Below, piece after piece: positions 44,534-46,287 of a stretch of 46,287 nucleotides of DNA. Source of the stretch: Methanothrix sp. Its GTDB lineage: Archaea > Halobacteriota > Methanosarcinia > Methanotrichales > Methanotrichaceae. The notes under the pieces are model-generated. The model saw only the letters and a list, made by a program, of their open reading frames with translations. It did not search any database and was not told where the DNA came from. A program made the translations under genes and the position numbers. Position 1 is the stretch's first letter; every line of letters starts with the position of its first letter. Location: the NCBI GenBank assembly GCA_040770465.1, contig JAXGJB010000018.1, positions 1 through 46,287 on the forward strand, given 5' to 3'.

Positions 44534-46287
44534 TTGAACCCAACAACCAGCAAACTCAGGTATGGAATCCCGAGATCCATCTTTGCCGATCTTTGTTTAT
44601 CGGTTCTGTTATGTCTTGCAACGGCGGGCCTCGCCTTGTCCTCTCCGGCCCTGCTGGAGAATGAGACCCTGGAGGTCCAGATCCTGGCCATAAACGATCT
44701 TCACGGCGCGCTCGAACCGCCCTCGGGGACGGTGACCGTCGGCCGCGACAGCGATTGCCAGCCCGTCACGGTGGCGGCGGGAGGCGCCGAGTATCTGGCA
44801 ACCGCCCTGAAGGGGCTTTCGGCCACAAACCCCGAGACGATCCTCGTCTCGGCCGGAGACAACATCGGGGCAAGCCCCCTCCTCTCCGCCCTATTCCACG
44901 ACGAGCCGACGATCGAGGCCCTCTCGATGATGGGGTTCGACTACTCCGCCGTCGGAAACCACGAGTTCGATGAGGGGGCTGCTGAGCTATTCCGGACCCA
45001 GTACGGCTGCTGCCATCAGGAGACCGGCTGCCAGGACACAGATCGGTTCGTGGGGGCTGGCTACAGATACCTCGCCGCCAACGTCGTCAACGAGACGACT
45101 GGAGAGACGATCTTTCCCCCCTACGCCGTCAGGAAAATCAGCGGCGTTCCGGTGGCCTTCATCGGCATCTCCCTGAGCGCGACCCCGGCGGTGGTGGTCC
45201 CCTCGGGAGTGGCTGGGCTCAGGTTCATCGATGAGGCCGACGCCATCAATGCCTGTGTAGAGGATCTAAAAGAGGAAGGGGTCGAGACGATGGTGGTCCT
45301 CATCCACAACGGGGCGCTTGCGTCGGGACTTCCGAACGAGGGGATGCAGCCGTGCGAGCCGCTGGAGGATATCATCAACCGGACCCGCGATGAGGTCGAC
45401 CTGTTCATCACCGGACACAGCCACCAGGCCTACATATCGACCGTCGACGGAAGGGTTGTGACCCAGGCCGGGTCCCAGGGCAAGTTCATAACCGACATCG
45501 ATCTCGTCATCAGCCCGACGACCAGGGACGTCGTCGAGGTGAGGGCGAAGAACGTGGCGGTGACAAGAGACGTCCCCAAGGACCCGGCCATAACTCAGCT
45601 TCTGGATAAGTATGAGACCCTCCTGGGACCATTGACCAACGAGGTGGTCGGGTGGGTGACCGCCGACATAACGAGGGACTCATCGGAGTCGGGCGAGTCG
45701 GCCCTGGGCGATCTGATCGCCGATGCCCAGCTCTGGGCCACCTGCGGCAACGAAACGGACGGTAGCGAAGCCGAGGAGGATGGTAATGTCGAGGGAGATG
45801 ACGAGGCCGGGGGCAGCGGCGCGGTTGTGGCCTTCATGAACCCCGGCGGGATCCGGACAGACATCATCTTCGACGATATCGCCGGAGAGGAGCAGCCGGG
45901 CGAGGTGACTTATCAGGAGGCCTTCAACGTCCAACCCTTCGACAACAGCCTGATCATCCTGACCCTGACTGGGGAAGAGATCGACTCGGTCCTCGAGGAG
46001 CAGTTCGACAACCCAGCCGAGGGACAGAACCGGATCCTCCAGGTATCCAGCAACTTCACCTACGCCTGGAGCAGGTCCGCCCCCGCAGGAGACAAAGTCG
46101 ATATCTCCGGCATAAGGATCGATGGAGTCCCCATAGATCCCGAGGGGACCTACAGGGTGGCGGCGAACGCATTCCTGGCGGAAGGAGGAGACGGTTTCAC
46201 CACCTTCAGCGAGGGGGTCGATCGGGTCTGCGGCATCTCGGATCTTGATGCGCTGATAAATTACATGAAGGCGTTTTCGCCGATCTC
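44534..46287 (+). CDS. Secreted bifunctional metallophosphatase/5'-nucleotidase (runs off the window end)
   Basis: Read by hand: GAGGAG SD, TTG start, signal peptide, AINDLHG, AGDNIGASP, GNHEFD, GHSHQ, NPGGIR, QPFDN, FLAEGGDGF; no stop in the window. Confidence 0.9.
   Translation, partial: MNPTTSKLRYGIPRSIFADLCLSVLLCLATAGLALSSPALLENETLEVQILAINDLHGALEPPSGTVTVGRDSDCQPVTVAAGGAEYLATALKGLSATNPETILVSAGDNIGASPLLSALFHDEPTIEALSMMGFDYSAVGNHEFDEGAAELFRTQYGCCHQETGCQDTDRFVGAGYRYLAANVVNETTGETIFPPYAVRKISGVPVAFIGISLSATPAVVVPSGVAGLRFIDEADAINACVEDLKEEGVETMVVLIHNGALASGLPNEGMQPCEPLEDIINRTRDEVDLFITGHSHQAYISTVDGRVVTQAGSQGKFITDIDLVISPTTRDVVEVRAKNVAVTRDVPKDPAITQLLDKYETLLGPLTNEVVGWVTADITRDSSESGESALGDLIADAQLWATCGNETDGSEAEEDGNVEGDDEAGGSGAVVAFMNPGGIRTDIIFDDIAGEEQPGEVTYQEAFNVQPFDNSLIILTLTGEEIDSVLEEQFDNPAEGQNRILQVSSNFTYAWSRSAPAGDKVDISGIRIDGVPIDPEGTYRVAANAFLAEGGDGFTTFSEGVDRVCGISDLDALINYMKAFSPI

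Overview
GC-rich archaeal chromosomal segment from a methanogen. The McrA-thioamidation YcaO/TfuA pair, an MtrA homologue, DUF1890/DUF1894 and Methanothrix-style surface proteins point to Methanotrichaceae (Methanothrix/Methanocrinis); this is an inference. About 45 CDS are supportable. In order: metacaspase, DUF3795-like protein, Schlafen/AlbA_2 protein, bacterial-type glucokinase, two tandem B12-binding radical SAM enzymes, a DrrAB-type ABC exporter, a beta-helix surface protein, five tandem ion-transport genes, an uncharacterised secreted-protein/MacB-type ABC operon, FAH-pyrK-pyrD, a dead-looking SNase-fold glycoprotein, a 43-aa sORF, CMD, uvrB, a pentapeptide-repeat membrane protein, TPR, stand-alone MtrA, wHTH, a KaiC/GvpD-like ATPase, an 8-gene sulfur-relay cluster (ycaO-tfuA-thiS-thiF-DUF1890-DUF1894-moaD-moaE), an anion permease and a truncated 5'-nucleotidase. 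No rRNA, tRNA, CRISPR array or intact transposase was seen. Best leads: the radical SAM pair (possible tetraether-lipid modifiers), the 17.6-22.9 kb envelope operon, two DUFs embedded in the sulfur-relay cluster, the orphan MtrA/HTH/ATPase locus, the pseudo-nuclease with an N-glycosylation array, the unannotated sORF and an IS200/IS605-like hairpin remnant. All family calls come from motifs recognised by eye; no searches were run.
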